Origin: Novosphingobium sp.
GTDB taxonomy: Bacteria; Pseudomonadota; Alphaproteobacteria; Sphingomonadales; Sphingomonadaceae
DNA length: 47,140 bases
Assembly (NCBI GenBank): GCA_035719485.1
Contig: DASTGC010000324.1
Coordinates: 1-47,140, forward strand
Reading direction: 5' to 3'
The notes under the pieces were generated by a model. The model was not told where the DNA came from and searched no databases. It saw only the letters and a list, made by a program, of their open reading frames with translations. A program made the translations under genes and the position numbers. Shown piece after piece: positions 18,151 to 27,571 of this stretch (positions are counted from its first letter, which is position 1; every line of letters begins with the position of its first letter).

Positions 18151-18666
18151 ATGAAGCTTGTCCCCGTCGCTCTCCTGCTGCCCGCCGCCTTCATGCTGAT
18201 GGCTCCCGCGCGCGCTCATGCCGCATCCTTCATCGACCCGGCGATGATCGATGCCGAGGTCGCCCGCTTCACGGGCATGCCGCAGGGCACGACCGGGGGC
18301 GCCGCCCAGCCGGCCGACCGGAGGTTGAAACTGGCCGCCTGTGCCAATCCGCTGAGCCTTGGCTGGTATTCCGGACGGCGCGATACGGTGCTGGTCCAGT
18401 GTCCGGATGCCGGGGGCTGGCGCCTGTTCGTGCCAGTCCTGCAGGGCGCTGCCGGTGCCGCTGACGGGCCGGCGGTGCTACGCGGGGAGGCGGTGACCAT
18501 TGCCGTTGCCGGACCCGGGTTTTCGGTTTCGCAGCCGGGCGAGGCGATGGAAGCGGGGCAGGTCGGCGGGTGGATTCGGGTGAAGACCGCCGCCTCCGGC
18601 ACCCAGCCGATGCGCGCGCGGATCGTGCGCCCGGGGCTCGTAGCGGTCTCTCTCGATGATGAGTGA
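18151..18666 (+). CDS. flgA: P-ring assembly chaperone FlgA (short)
   Basis: Signal peptide; DRRLKLAAC, VQCPDAGGWRLFVPV, VLRGEAVTI, GEAMEAGQVGGWIRVK; precedes flgM. Confidence 0.85.
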   Translation: MKLVPVALLLPAAFMLMAPARAHAASFIDPAMIDAEVARFTGMPQGTTGGAAQPADRRLKLAACANPLSLGWYSGRRDTVLVQCPDAGGWRLFVPVLQGAAGAADGPAVLRGEAVTIAVAGPGFSVSQPGEAMEAGQVGGWIRVKTAASGTQPMRARIVRPGLVAVSLDDE

Positions 18667-18675
18667 ATCGTTTTC

Positions 18676-18714
18676 CGGCAGGATCTTGCCGGCAATTTCG
18701 GCAAATTCCTGCCT
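18676..18714. promoter_or_regulatory. Two more copies of the 16-bp flagellar palindrome
   Basis: cggcaggatcttgccg (18676-18691) and cggcaaattcctgcct (18699-18714). Confidence 0.6.
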
Positions 18715-18720
18715 GACCCC

Positions 18721-18747
18721 TTAAAGGCTCGCCCCCGGTGCCGTTCT
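18721..18747 (+). promoter_or_regulatory. Sigma28 (FliA)-type promoter of flgM
   Basis: TTAAAG...GCCGTTCT resembles TAAA-N15-GCCGATAA (spacer 14-15 nt); lies directly upstream of flgM. Confidence 0.7.
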
Positions 18748-18775
18748 ACGCTTCCGAGAACTACGGAGCGGCACC

Positions 18776-19087
18776 ATGCCTATCGACAAGAGCCAGTCCT
18801 TGTCCGTCGCGGGAACGGCGGGTTTGCGCGCGGTCGGCCTGATCGACGCGCGGACCCTGCGCACCGCCGCGGGCGCGAGGGACAACGCCAGCCCTGCGGG
18901 CGGCACCGCCACCCCTGCGGCGACCTTCCAGCCGACCGAGGCGCTTGACCCCGGTCAGCCGCCGGTCGACGCCGATCGCGTGGCGCTGATCCGCAAGGCG
19001 ATCGAGACCGGGGCCTACCCGATCATTCCCGCCAAGATCGCCGACGCGATGATCGCCGCCGGCCTGCTGTTGAGAGCTTCCGCATGA
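18776..19087 (+). CDS. flgM: Anti-sigma28 factor FlgM
   Basis: PPVDADRVALIRKAIETGAYPIIPAKIADAMI C-terminal motif; flgA-flgM-flgN order. Confidence 0.9.
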   Translation: MPIDKSQSLSVAGTAGLRAVGLIDARTLRTAAGARDNASPAGGTATPAATFQPTEALDPGQPPVDADRVALIRKAIETGAYPIIPAKIADAMIAAGLLLRASA

Positions 19088-19419
19088 ACCAGACCTCCAC
19101 GCTGCGCGACACCCTCCTGCAGATGGTTGCCGTCCTGCAGGACGAGCGGCAGGCGCTTGCCGCTCTCGACCTCGATGCGATCATGGGCGCGGCGGTCGGC
19201 AAGTCGGGTCTGTGCGAGGTGCTCGAGGACGCCGAGGCCGGCCAGGTCGACGAGGAATGCCGCGGACTGCTGGATGCGGCGCGTCGGCTGAACGAGGTAA
19301 ACCGCCAGGTTCGCAACCTTATTGCTGCCAACGTGGCCCAGCGGCTGGACATGATCGTGGGTTCGCCCGCGCTGTACCGCGCCGCGCCGGCCTATGCCTA
19401 TGCGGGAGCGCGGGGCTAG
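19084..19419 (+). CDS. flgN: Flagellar export chaperone FlgN-like protein
   Basis: Helical 111-aa protein (LQDERQALAALD, ARRLNEVNRQV) coupled to flgM by an ATGA overlap. Confidence 0.7.
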   Translation: MNQTSTLRDTLLQMVAVLQDERQALAALDLDAIMGAAVGKSGLCEVLEDAEAGQVDEECRGLLDAARRLNEVNRQVRNLIAANVAQRLDMIVGSPALYRAAPAYAYAGARG

Positions 19420-19441
19420 ACACAGCCTTCGCATTCCCGGT

Positions 19442-19458
19442 TTGGCACGGCTCTTGCT
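19442..19458 (+). promoter_or_regulatory. Sigma54 promoter of the slt-flhA-fliA operon
   Basis: TTGGCAC-ggctc-TTGCT. Confidence 0.9.
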
Positions 19459-19496
19459 GAACGGTCCCCGAAGCTTTTTGCATTCGGGGATTTCGC

Positions 19497-20330
19497 TTGA
19501 GCGGACTTGCCATAACCGGAACGGACCAGACCCAGGGGGCCTCCCCGCGAGTCGCTATTGCGCAGGCCGCCCAGGCGACCGGGGTCGACTTCGACTACTT
19601 GCTCGCCCAGGCGCGGCTCGAAAGCGGGCTCAACCCGCAAGCCCGCGCTGGAACCTCGAGCGCGACCGGGCTCTACCAGTTTCTGGGCGGCACCTGGATC
19701 GACACCCTGAAGAAGCACGGGGCCGAGCATGGCCTCGGCTGGGCCGCGCAGGCCGCGGCCGATCCGTCGCGCCGGGCCGAGGTCATGGCGCTGCGCTATG
19801 ATCCCAATGCCTCGGCGCTGATGGCGGCCGAGCTCGCCAGCGACAACCGCGCGGCGCTGAGCGGGACGCTCGGCCGCGAGCCCGACGGGGCCGAACTCTA
19901 TCTCGCCCACTTCCTCGGGCCGCAGGGCGCGGGCCAGATTCTCGCCGCCATTGCCAGCGATCCGAACCAGAGCGCAGCGGCGCTGCTGCCAAGTGCCGCA
20001 GGCGCCAACCGCGCGATCTTCTATGGCCCCGGCGGTGCGCCACGTTCGGTGAGCGAGGTCGTCGGCCTCGTGCGCGCGCGGTTTGCCGCGGCGTCCGGGC
20101 AGGGCGACCTGCCGGGCGACTATACCATGCCGGTTCCGGCTGTCGCCGCGCCCACCGGCGGCCCGGTCGCCCGCGAATTCCAGTCCATCGCCGCTGCACC
20201 TGATGCGCCTGCGCGCCAGTCGATGGCCGAGACCCTGCGCCAGGCCTTTGCCCTGGGCGGGCCCGGCGAGGCCGCCGTGCCAGCCCATGTCCGCAACGCC
20301 TATGGCCGCCTCGCGGCACTGGGGCTCTAG
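19497..20330 (+). CDS. Flagellar lytic transglycosylase (SLT domain)
   Basis: TTG start after GGGGA; ARLESGLNP (catalytic Glu), SSATGLYQF, LYLAHFLG motifs. Confidence 0.82.
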   Translation: MSGLAITGTDQTQGASPRVAIAQAAQATGVDFDYLLAQARLESGLNPQARAGTSSATGLYQFLGGTWIDTLKKHGAEHGLGWAAQAAADPSRRAEVMALRYDPNASALMAAELASDNRAALSGTLGREPDGAELYLAHFLGPQGAGQILAAIASDPNQSAAALLPSAAGANRAIFYGPGGAPRSVSEVVGLVRARFAAASGQGDLPGDYTMPVPAVAAPTGGPVAREFQSIAAAPDAPARQSMAETLRQAFALGGPGEAAVPAHVRNAYGRLAALGL

Positions 20331-20333
20331 GCC

Positions 20334-22445
20334 ATGCCCAAGCTGAACCTCTCCGCCATGGCGCTGCCCGCCGCGATCATGATGCTGATCGGGCTGATGG
20401 TCGTCCCCGTGCCGACCGTGCTGCTCGACATTTTCTTTGTCCTCAACATCGCCCTGTCCGTCGCCGTGCTGATGGCGGCGATGAATGCGGCCAAGCCGCT
20501 GGACTTCTCCTCGTTTCCGTCGGTCCTGCTGTTTGCGACCCTGCTCCGGCTCTCGCTCAACGTGGCCTCAACCCGCGTGGTGCTGGTCAACGGCCATTCC
20601 GGTGGGGCTGCGGCAGGCCACGTGATCGAGGCCTTCGGTGCTTTCCTCGTCGGCGGGAACTTCGCGGTCGGCCTGTTCGTGTTCATGATCCTGGTGATCA
20701 TCAACATGGTGGTCGTCACCAAGGGCGCGGGGCGCGTCTCGGAAGTGTCCGCGCGGTTTACCCTCGATGCCCTGCCGGGCAAGCAGATGGCGATCGACGC
20801 TGATCTTGCAGCGGGGCTGCTCACCGCCGACGAGGCCAAGGCCCGCCGCCGCGAAGTGGCGACCGAAGCCGACTTCTACGGCTCGATGGACGGCGCCAGC
20901 AAGTTCGTGAAGGGCGACGCGATCGCCGCCCTGCTGATCCTCGGCGTCAACATCCTTGCCGGCTTCGCCATCGGCATGATCAGCCATGGCCTCTCCGCCG
21001 GCGATGCAGCACAGAAATACATCACGCTAGCCGTGGGCGACGCGCTGGTCGCGCAGATCCCGGCGCTGTTGCTCTCGATCGCCGCTGCCGTGATCGTCAC
21101 CCGCGTTTCCGACAGCCGCGACCTGACCGGCCAGATCGGCGGGCAGTTCGCCAATCCGGCGACCTGGCTGCCGGTTTCGGTGGTGCTCGGCGGGATTGGC
21201 CTGATCCCGGCGATGCCGCAGACCGTGTTCCTGCCCGCAGCCGGCCTGGCCTTCTGGCTTTATCGCAAGCTCAAGCAGCGTGCCGACCGCCCCGAGCCGG
21301 TGATCGACGCCGCCCCGCCGCCGGACCCGCAGCGGATCGTGCTCGACGAAGTTTCCGACCACACGCTGGTCACCATCGAGCTGGGCTATGGCCTCGTCCA
21401 CCTGGTTGACGAGCGCCGCGGTTCGCCGCTGGTCTCGCGCGTCACCGGCGTGCGCAAGCAGCTCAGCCAGAGCTTCGGCTTCATTGTCCCGCAGTTTCGC
21501 GTTCGCGATGCGCTGGAGATGCCCCCACATGATTATCGCGTGCTGCTGGGCGGAGTGCCGCTTGGCCAGGCGACAGTCCGCGCCGAGAAGATCCTCGCGA
21601 TCGATGCCGGTGAGGCGCGTGACAACCACAATCTGGCCGGCGAGCCGACCCGCGACCCCAGCTTTGGCTGCCCCGCACTGTGGATCGAACCGGCCCAGCG
21701 CGACCATGCCATCGCCGAGGGGTTCCTGACGGTGGATGCGAGCACGGTTATCGCGACTCACCTCAACCAGTTGCTGACCGAGCGCCCGCAGGCCCTGCTG
21801 GGTCCGGACGAGGTGCGCGCGATCCTGGATGCGGTCAAGGAGCATTCGGCCGGCCTCGTCGAGACGGTCTATCCCGCCCCGCTGACCCTTGCCGTCATCA
21901 CCCGCCTGCTGCGCACGCTGCTCGAGGAGGGAATTCCGCTCGGCCATCCCGTGCCGATCCTGCAGAGCCTGAGCCAGGCGGTGCAGGTAACGACCGAGCA
22001 CGAGCGTCTGGTCGACCTGGTCCGGGCCGATCTTGGCGCGATGATCGTGGGTCGGATCTGCGCGCCGCATGAGCGTCTGCCGGTGATCACGCTGGATGCG
22101 CGGCTTGAAGGGGCCATCGTCCAGGGGCTGCAGGACCCGGTGACCGGCCAGCCGGTGATCGAGCCCGAGCTGGCCCGCACCATCAGCGATCGTATCGCCG
22201 CCCTGGCTAACGAGCGTGGTCCGGGCGCCTGCCCGCCGGCCCTGATCGTCCAGCCGCGCGCGCGCCGCCCGCTGTCCGCCCTGCTGCGGCTGAGAGCGCC
22301 GCAGTGCCTCGTCCTGTCGATCGCCGAACTGCCGCCGAGCCAGCCGATCGAGGTCCTCGCCGTCATCGGCGAGGACCCGGCCCACGCCGCCATTCCCGCC
22401 CTGCCTCACCCGGGCAGTGCCTTCACCGAAGAGATTGCCGCATGA
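20334..22445 (+). CDS. flhA: Flagellar export gate protein FlhA
   Basis: RLSLNVASTR, RVSEVSARFTLDALPGKQMAIDADL, FYGSMDGASKFVKGDAIA. Confidence 0.97.
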   Translation: MPKLNLSAMALPAAIMMLIGLMVVPVPTVLLDIFFVLNIALSVAVLMAAMNAAKPLDFSSFPSVLLFATLLRLSLNVASTRVVLVNGHSGGAAAGHVIEAFGAFLVGGNFAVGLFVFMILVIINMVVVTKGAGRVSEVSARFTLDALPGKQMAIDADLAAGLLTADEAKARRREVATEADFYGSMDGASKFVKGDAIAALLILGVNILAGFAIGMISHGLSAGDAAQKYITLAVGDALVAQIPALLLSIAAAVIVTRVSDSRDLTGQIGGQFANPATWLPVSVVLGGIGLIPAMPQTVFLPAAGLAFWLYRKLKQRADRPEPVIDAAPPPDPQRIVLDEVSDHTLVTIELGYGLVHLVDERRGSPLVSRVTGVRKQLSQSFGFIVPQFRVRDALEMPPHDYRVLLGGVPLGQATVRAEKILAIDAGEARDNHNLAGEPTRDPSFGCPALWIEPAQRDHAIAEGFLTVDASTVIATHLNQLLTERPQALLGPDEVRAILDAVKEHSAGLVETVYPAPLTLAVITRLLRTLLEEGIPLGHPVPILQSLSQAVQVTTEHERLVDLVRADLGAMIVGRICAPHERLPVITLDARLEGAIVQGLQDPVTGQPVIEPELARTISDRIAALANERGPGACPPALIVQPRARRPLSALLRLRAPQCLVLSIAELPPSQPIEVLAVIGEDPAHAAIPALPHPGSAFTEEIAA

Positions 22446-23206
22446 AGCACGATCACTCAGCGTTTGGAGCCGCAGGTCACGCCCAGCGGGCCTATGGCGG
22501 AGCCGCCGATGCCTATCGGGGTGACGTGGCCGACCGGGTCAGGCGGTTCCTGCCGATGGTCCGGCGCCTGGCCTGGCATGTCCATGGCTCGGGCCGGCCG
22601 GGGATCGAGCTGGAGGACCTGATCCAGGCGGGGCTCGTCGCGCTCACCGAATGCGCGCAGAAGCACAGCGGGCCCGGCGAGGACGGATTTGCCGCCTATG
22701 CCAAGATGCGCGTGCGCGGGGCTATGGTCGACCTGATCCGCCGCACGATCCCGTTATCGCGCGGGGCAAGCGAGCGGCGGCGGCAGCTGGCAGCGCAGGA
22801 GGCCGCATTGCGTGGCCAGCTGGGCCGTGAGCCCACCGCGGCAGAACTGGCAGAGGCGATGGAGGTCGGTCAAGCCGAGCTTGCCGACATGCGTGCGGCG
22901 AGCGAGCCGCTGCGGTTCGAATCGATCGACGAGGCCTATTCCGACAGCAACATGGCCTTCGCCGACAGCCAGGCCGACATCCTCGACCAGCTTGGCGACG
23001 CCGAACTGCGCGGGCAGGTGGCCGAAGCCATCGCCGCGCTGCCCCAACGCCTGCAGCTGGTGGTGCAGCTCTACTTCGTCGAGGAGCTCAACCTCTCCGA
23101 GATTGCCGGCGTGCTCGAGGTCTCGATCCCGCGGGTGCACCAGTTGAAGGCCCAGGCGCTCGAGCAGTTGCGCAAGGCGCTGAGCGAGGTCGCAGACATT
23201 ATCTAG
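22442..23206 (+). CDS. fliA: RNA polymerase sigma28 factor FliA
   Basis: LPMVRRLA, EDLIQAG, FAAYAKMRVRGAMVD, LYFVEELNLSEIAGVLEVSIPRVHQ; ATGA overlap with flhA. Confidence 0.9.
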   Translation: MKHDHSAFGAAGHAQRAYGGAADAYRGDVADRVRRFLPMVRRLAWHVHGSGRPGIELEDLIQAGLVALTECAQKHSGPGEDGFAAYAKMRVRGAMVDLIRRTIPLSRGASERRRQLAAQEAALRGQLGREPTAAELAEAMEVGQAELADMRAASEPLRFESIDEAYSDSNMAFADSQADILDQLGDAELRGQVAEAIAALPQRLQLVVQLYFVEELNLSEIAGVLEVSIPRVHQLKAQALEQLRKALSEVADII

Positions 23207-23288
23207 AATTTTGGATGAATCATTGATTTGCCTCCATTAGTCGCGCCTGCGATTGCTCCGGAACCATTCCGGTGGTAGTTGGTTGGGA

Positions 23289-23987
23289 ATGGCCTCCTGC
23301 GACACCTGCGTCGTGCGCAACCGCGCGATCTGTTCCGCCCTCGACTCACATGAGATCGGTGCGCTCAACACGATCGGGCGCACGCGGATGCTGGAGCCTG
23401 GCGAATCCCTGATCTGGGAAGGAGACGATTCGGTCCTCGTCGCCAATGTCATCGAGGGCGTGCTCAAGCTCTCCAGCGGAACCGAAGACGGCCGCGAGCA
23501 GATCGTCGGCATGGTGTTCCCGTCGGATTTCATCGGCCGGCCTTTCGGCAAGACTACCGGCCATGGCGTGACCGCGCTGACCGAAGCCAAGGTGTGTGTG
23601 TTCAACCGGCGCGATTTCGACAATTTCGCTCGGGAGCACCCGGCGCTCGAACACAAGCTGTTGCAACGGACGCTGACCGAACTGGACCGCACCCGGCGCT
23701 GGATGCTGCTGCTCGGCCGCAAGTCAGCCGGCGAGAAGGTGGCAAGCTTCCTGCTGGAAATGTGCGAGCGGGTCAGCAGTTCGGGCTGCGATGGCGACGA
23801 TGCGCCGGCCGAGGTGCGGCTCGACCTGCCGGTTTCGCGCCAGCAGATCGCCGACGTGCTCGGCCTCACCATCGAGACGGTGAGCCGGCAGTTCACCCGG
23901 CTCAAGGCAGACGGGGTGATCGCCCTGCCGTCGCGCCGGGAGGTCCAAATCCTCGATCGCTTCGCGCTTGCCGCCGAGGCGGGTTGA
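23289..23987 (+). CDS. fnr: FNR/FnrN-type O2-sensing Crp/Fnr regulator
   Basis: N-terminal CDTCVVRNRAIC (C-x2-C-x7-C), internal Cys in AKVCVF, recognition helix ETVSR. Confidence 0.9.
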   Translation: MASCDTCVVRNRAICSALDSHEIGALNTIGRTRMLEPGESLIWEGDDSVLVANVIEGVLKLSSGTEDGREQIVGMVFPSDFIGRPFGKTTGHGVTALTEAKVCVFNRRDFDNFAREHPALEHKLLQRTLTELDRTRRWMLLLGRKSAGEKVASFLLEMCERVSSSGCDGDDAPAEVRLDLPVSRQQIADVLGLTIETVSRQFTRLKADGVIALPSRREVQILDRFALAAEAG

Positions 23988-23994
23988 GGCAGTT

Positions 23995-24016
23995 CCCCTC
24001 CCGCAAGCGGGAGGGG
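23995..24016. repeat. Single REP-like hairpin between convergent fnr and ompW (possible bidirectional terminator)
   Basis: cccctcccgc-aa-gcgggagggg perfect stem, similar to the ctccccgc...gcggggag hairpin at 1043-1062. Confidence 0.65.
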
Positions 24017-24046
24017 GTATTCGGCTTGCTTCGACGCCGGCGCTTC

Positions 24047-24733
24047 TCAGAAGCGGTAGGCAACGCCACCGCTCAGCACCCAGGGATCGAGCTTGTGCTT
24101 GGTTGAGAGCACTTCGGTGCCCGCCGCGTTGAACCAGCGCGCCGTGGTCGACACCCAGTACTTCTTGGCATCCAGGCTGAGAGCAAAGCCGCTCGCCCCG
24201 AGCGGAATGTCCACCCCGGCCTGGACCGCTACGCCAACCTCGCTCGACATCTTGGTCGAGGTGGAGAAGGTCGCCGCCGTGGCGCCGGGCTTGCTGTCGA
24301 CCATGATGAACAGGGTCGGACCAACGCCGACGTAAGGTTTGATCGGTCCCAGCGGCGCGTGATATTTCAGCGTCAGCGTTGCGGGGATAACCGAGATGTC
24401 GTTGACGAGGTTGGTGCCGGCGAGCGAGCCCGAGCCGTTGACGTGGTGCTTGGTGACGCAGCAGATCGTTTCGACCGATACGTTGGGATTGAGGAAATAC
24501 TCGATCGCCACGGTCGGAACGACATTGTCGCTGGCATAGGTGTGTGGGTTCGCCGCCAGGGCCGTGCCAGCGATGGCGGTGGCATTGTTCACCCGGCTGA
24601 TGTCGCCATCGGGCAGGACGCCGGTGGCGAGCAGCTTGACCTGGATCTTGCCGTCGGCACTGCCGGCATGGGCGGCGGCGGGCAAGGCTAGGGCGGCGGC
24701 GGCAACCGCGGCGGTGAGCATGGTCTTTTTCAT
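24047..24733 (-). CDS. ompW: OmpW-family outer membrane protein
   Basis: Signal peptide MKKTMLTAAVAAAALALPAAAHA; IPATLTLKYH, KPYVGVG, LDPWVLSGGVAYRF C-terminus. Confidence 0.9.
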   Translation of the reverse strand: MKKTMLTAAVAAAALALPAAAHAGSADGKIQVKLLATGVLPDGDISRVNNATAIAGTALAANPHTYASDNVVPTVAIEYFLNPNVSVETICCVTKHHVNGSGSLAGTNLVNDISVIPATLTLKYHAPLGPIKPYVGVGPTLFIMVDSKPGATAATFSTSTKMSSEVGVAVQAGVDIPLGASGFALSLDAKKYWVSTTARWFNAAGTEVLSTKHKLDPWVLSGGVAYRF

Positions 24734-24821
24734 ATCCCTCATTCCTGGGCGCCGGGGCCTGCCCCTCGCAGGCCGCGATGCGGCGTCGCACACGAGGGTG
24801 CGGCGATTTGCCGGTGGCTCA

Positions 24822-24835
24822 TTGATCGAGCGCAA
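24822..24835. promoter_or_regulatory. FNR box (ompW side)
   Basis: TTGAT-cgag-CGCAA versus consensus TTGAT-N4-ATCAA. Confidence 0.75.
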
Positions 24836-24874
24836 TTTATTTTTTCGCGGATTTCGTCGATTTGGAATGCATCT

Positions 24875-24888
24875 TTGATCAGGGTCAA
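24875..24888. promoter_or_regulatory. FNR box (ccoN side)
   Basis: TTGAT-cagg-GTCAA; centring at -41.5 puts +1 at A24923, 25 nt before the ccoN ATG. Confidence 0.85.
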
Positions 24889-24947
24889 TGCTGCATCGCA
24901 CAGGAGCGACCAACCCGCATCCATCTCTGACATGAGAGGGACGGCTC

Positions 24948-26630
24948 ATGGTTACCCTGACTGCGCGCGCCGGCATCTGGCTGGCGGCGCTGCTCGCCGC
25001 GATTCTGGCCATGGCCGCGGCCGCTGACACCGGCTTTGCCATCCAGATGGGCCTGGTCGCCGCGGCCTGCCTGGTGGGGCTCTATTTCACCTTGTCGCGG
25101 ACGGATTACCTCGCGCTGGCGCGTGGTTTCACCGCCGCAGCCGACCAGTCGCGCTACGATGACGAACCGGTGCGGTGGGGTGTCATCGCCACCGTATTCT
25201 GGGGCATGGCCGGCTTTGCCGCCGGCCTGTTCATCGCACTTCAGCTCGCCTTTCCGGTGCTCAACCTCGGGCTCGAGTGGACAACCTTCGGGCGCCTGCG
25301 GCCGCTGCACACCAGCGCGGTGATCTTCGCCTTCGGCGGCAATGCGCTGATCGCGACCTCCTTCTACGTCGTCCAGCGCACCTGCCGCGCCCGTCTGGCC
25401 TTCCCCGCACTCGCACAGTTTGTGTTCTGGGGCTACCAGCTGTTCATCGTGCTGGCCGCCACCGGCTACCTGCTGGGGATTACCCAGGGCAAGGAATATG
25501 CCGAGCCGGAATGGTACGTCGACCTGTGGCTGACCGTGGTGTGGCTGGCCTACCTGGCGGTGTTCGTCGGCACGCTGGTCAAGCGCAGCGAGCCGCACAT
25601 CTACGTGGCCAACTGGTTCTACCTCTCGTTCATCCTGACCGTGGCCATGCTCCACCTGGTCAACAACGTGAACCTGCCGGTCTCGTGGGTCGGCAGCCGG
25701 TCCTACCCGCTGTGGGCGGGCGTCCAGGGGGCGCTGGTCCAGTGGTGGTACGGCCACAACGCGGTCGGCTTCTTCCTGACCGCCGGCTTTCTCGCGATGA
25801 TGTACTACTTCGTGCCCAAGCAGGCGGAGCGGCCGATCTATTCCTACCGGCTCTCGATCATCCACTTCTGGGCGCTGATCTTCCTCTACATCTGGGCCGG
25901 GCCCCACCACCTCCACTACACCGCCCTGCCCGACTGGGCGCAGACGCTGGGCATGGTCTTCTCGGTCATGCTGTGGATGCCGAGCTGGGGCGGGATGATC
26001 AACGGCCTGATGACGCTCAATGGCGCCTGGGACAAGGTCCGCACCGACCCGATCATCCGCATGTTCGTGATCAGCCTGGCCTTCTACGGGATGAGCACCT
26101 TCGAGGGCCCGATGATGTCGATCAAGTCGGTCAACTCGCTCTCGCACTACACCGACTGGACCATCGGCCACGTCCACTCCGGCGCGCTGGGCTGGAATGG
26201 GATGATCACCTTCGGCTGCATCTATTACCTGGCCCCGCGCCTGTGGAGCCGGAGCCGGATGTATTCGCTGCGGATGATCAACTGGCACTTCTGGCTCGCG
26301 ACTGTGGGCATCGTCTTCTACGCCGCGTCGATGTGGGTCGCGGGCATCATGCAGGGCCTGATGTGGCGCGAATACGGGGCCGATGGCTACCTGGTGAACT
26401 CGTTCGCCGAGACGGTCCACGCCATGTTCCCGATGTACGTGCTGCGCGCCTTCGGCGGGCTGCTCTACCTTTCGGGCGCGGTGATCATGACGGTGAACGT
26501 TTGGAAGACGATCGCCGGGGCGCCGCTGCGCGAGGAGGCGCCGCTGCGCGACGCCGCCTATGACGCCGGCAAGGACCGCCCACTGATCGCCGGCAGCACC
26601 GCTGCTGCCTATGCCGCAGCGGCCGAGTGA
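24948..26630 (+). CDS. ccoN: cbb3-type cytochrome c oxidase subunit I
   Basis: [46 protein letters not shown]. Confidence 0.98.
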   Translation: MVTLTARAGIWLAALLAAILAMAAAADTGFAIQMGLVAAACLVGLYFTLSRTDYLALARGFTAAADQSRYDDEPVRWGVIATVFWGMAGFAAGLFIALQLAFPVLNLGLEWTTFGRLRPLHTSAVIFAFGGNALIATSFYVVQRTCRARLAFPALAQFVFWGYQLFIVLAATGYLLGITQGKEYAEPEWYVDLWLTVVWLAYLAVFVGTLVKRSEPHIYVANWFYLSFILTVAMLHLVNNVNLPVSWVGSRSYPLWAGVQGALVQWWYGHNAVGFFLTAGFLAMMYYFVPKQAERPIYSYRLSIIHFWALIFLYIWAGPHHLHYTALPDWAQTLGMVFSVMLWMPSWGGMINGLMTLNGAWDKVRTDPIIRMFVISLAFYGMSTFEGPMMSIKSVNSLSHYTDWTIGHVHSGALGWNGMITFGCIYYLAPRLWSRSRMYSLRMINWHFWLATVGIVFYAASMWVAGIMQGLMWREYGADGYLVNSFAETVHAMFPMYVLRAFGGLLYLSGAVIMTVNVWKTIAGAPLREEAPLRDAAYDAGKDRPLIAGSTAAAYAAAAE

Positions 26631-26642
26631 GGGGCGCGAGAC

Positions 26643-27413
26643 ATGACCAGTGCATCCAAGGAACCCTTCTCCGGCCACAAGAAGCTGGAGCGCAACGTCA
26701 CCCTCCTTGCCGTACTCGCCTTCGCGGCGGTGACGGTGGGGGGCATCGTCGAGATCGCACCGCTGTTCTGGATCGACAACACGATCGAGAAGGTGGAGGG
26801 CATGCGCCCCTACACTCCGCTCGAGCAGGCCGGGCGCGACATCTACGTGCGCGAGGGGTGCTACCTCTGCCACAGCCAGATGATCCGCCCGTTCCGCGAC
26901 GAGACCGAGCGCTACGGCCACTACAGCCTCGCCGCGGAATCGATGTACGATCATCCGTTCCAATGGGGCTCCAAGCGCACCGGGCCCGACCTTGCCCGGG
27001 TGGGCGGACGCTATTCGGATGAGTGGCACGTCCAGCACCTGACCGACCCGCGCTCCGTCGTGCCGGAGTCGGTCATGCCGATGTATGCCTTCCTCAAGGA
27101 CAAGGACCTTTCGGCAAGCGATACCGAAGGCAGCATGAGCGGCGAGCTGAAGACGCTCTACGATGTCGGCGTGCCCTATACCAAGGAGCAGATCGCACAC
27201 GCCGACGAGGACATGAAGGCCCAGGCCGGCATGGGTGATCCGGCCGGGCTGGCCAGGCGCTGGCCCAAGGCCCAGCCGCGCGACTTCGACGGCGATCCCA
27301 ATCGCCTGACCGAGATGGATGCGCTGATCGCCTATCTCCAGGTGCTGGGCACCATGGTCGACGTCAACAGCGCTGCCGCCCAGGAGGATCTGGCCAAGGA
27401 GACCGGCCGATGA
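26643..27413 (+). CDS. ccoO: cbb3 oxidase subunit II
   Basis: [29 protein letters not shown]. Confidence 0.97.
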   Translation: MTSASKEPFSGHKKLERNVTLLAVLAFAAVTVGGIVEIAPLFWIDNTIEKVEGMRPYTPLEQAGRDIYVREGCYLCHSQMIRPFRDETERYGHYSLAAESMYDHPFQWGSKRTGPDLARVGGRYSDEWHVQHLTDPRSVVPESVMPMYAFLKDKDLSASDTEGSMSGELKTLYDVGVPYTKEQIAHADEDMKAQAGMGDPAGLARRWPKAQPRDFDGDPNRLTEMDALIAYLQVLGTMVDVNSAAAQEDLAKETGR

Positions 27414-27571
27414 GCCAGTACGACAGCCTGCGCCACCTGGCCGACAGCTGGGGGCTGGTCGCCATGGGCGCGGTGTTCCTTGCCCTGTGTCTGTGGCCGT
27501 TCCGCCCCGGCGGGCGGGCGCGCAGCGATGACGCCGCGGCCATGATCTTCGAGGATGGCGACAATGTCTGA
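27410..27571 (+). CDS. ccoQ: cbb3 oxidase subunit 3 (53 aa)
   Basis: [34 protein letters not shown]...AAAMIFED; overlaps the ccoO stop; below the ORF-track size cutoff. Confidence 0.9.
   Translation: MSQYDSLRHLADSWGLVAMGAVFLALCLWPFRPGGRARSDDAAAMIFEDGDNV

Noticed and set aside
23223-23236. Autoregulatory FNR box upstream of fnr (TTGAT-ttgc-CTCCA)
   Set aside because: Only one good half-site; plausible but too weak to call.
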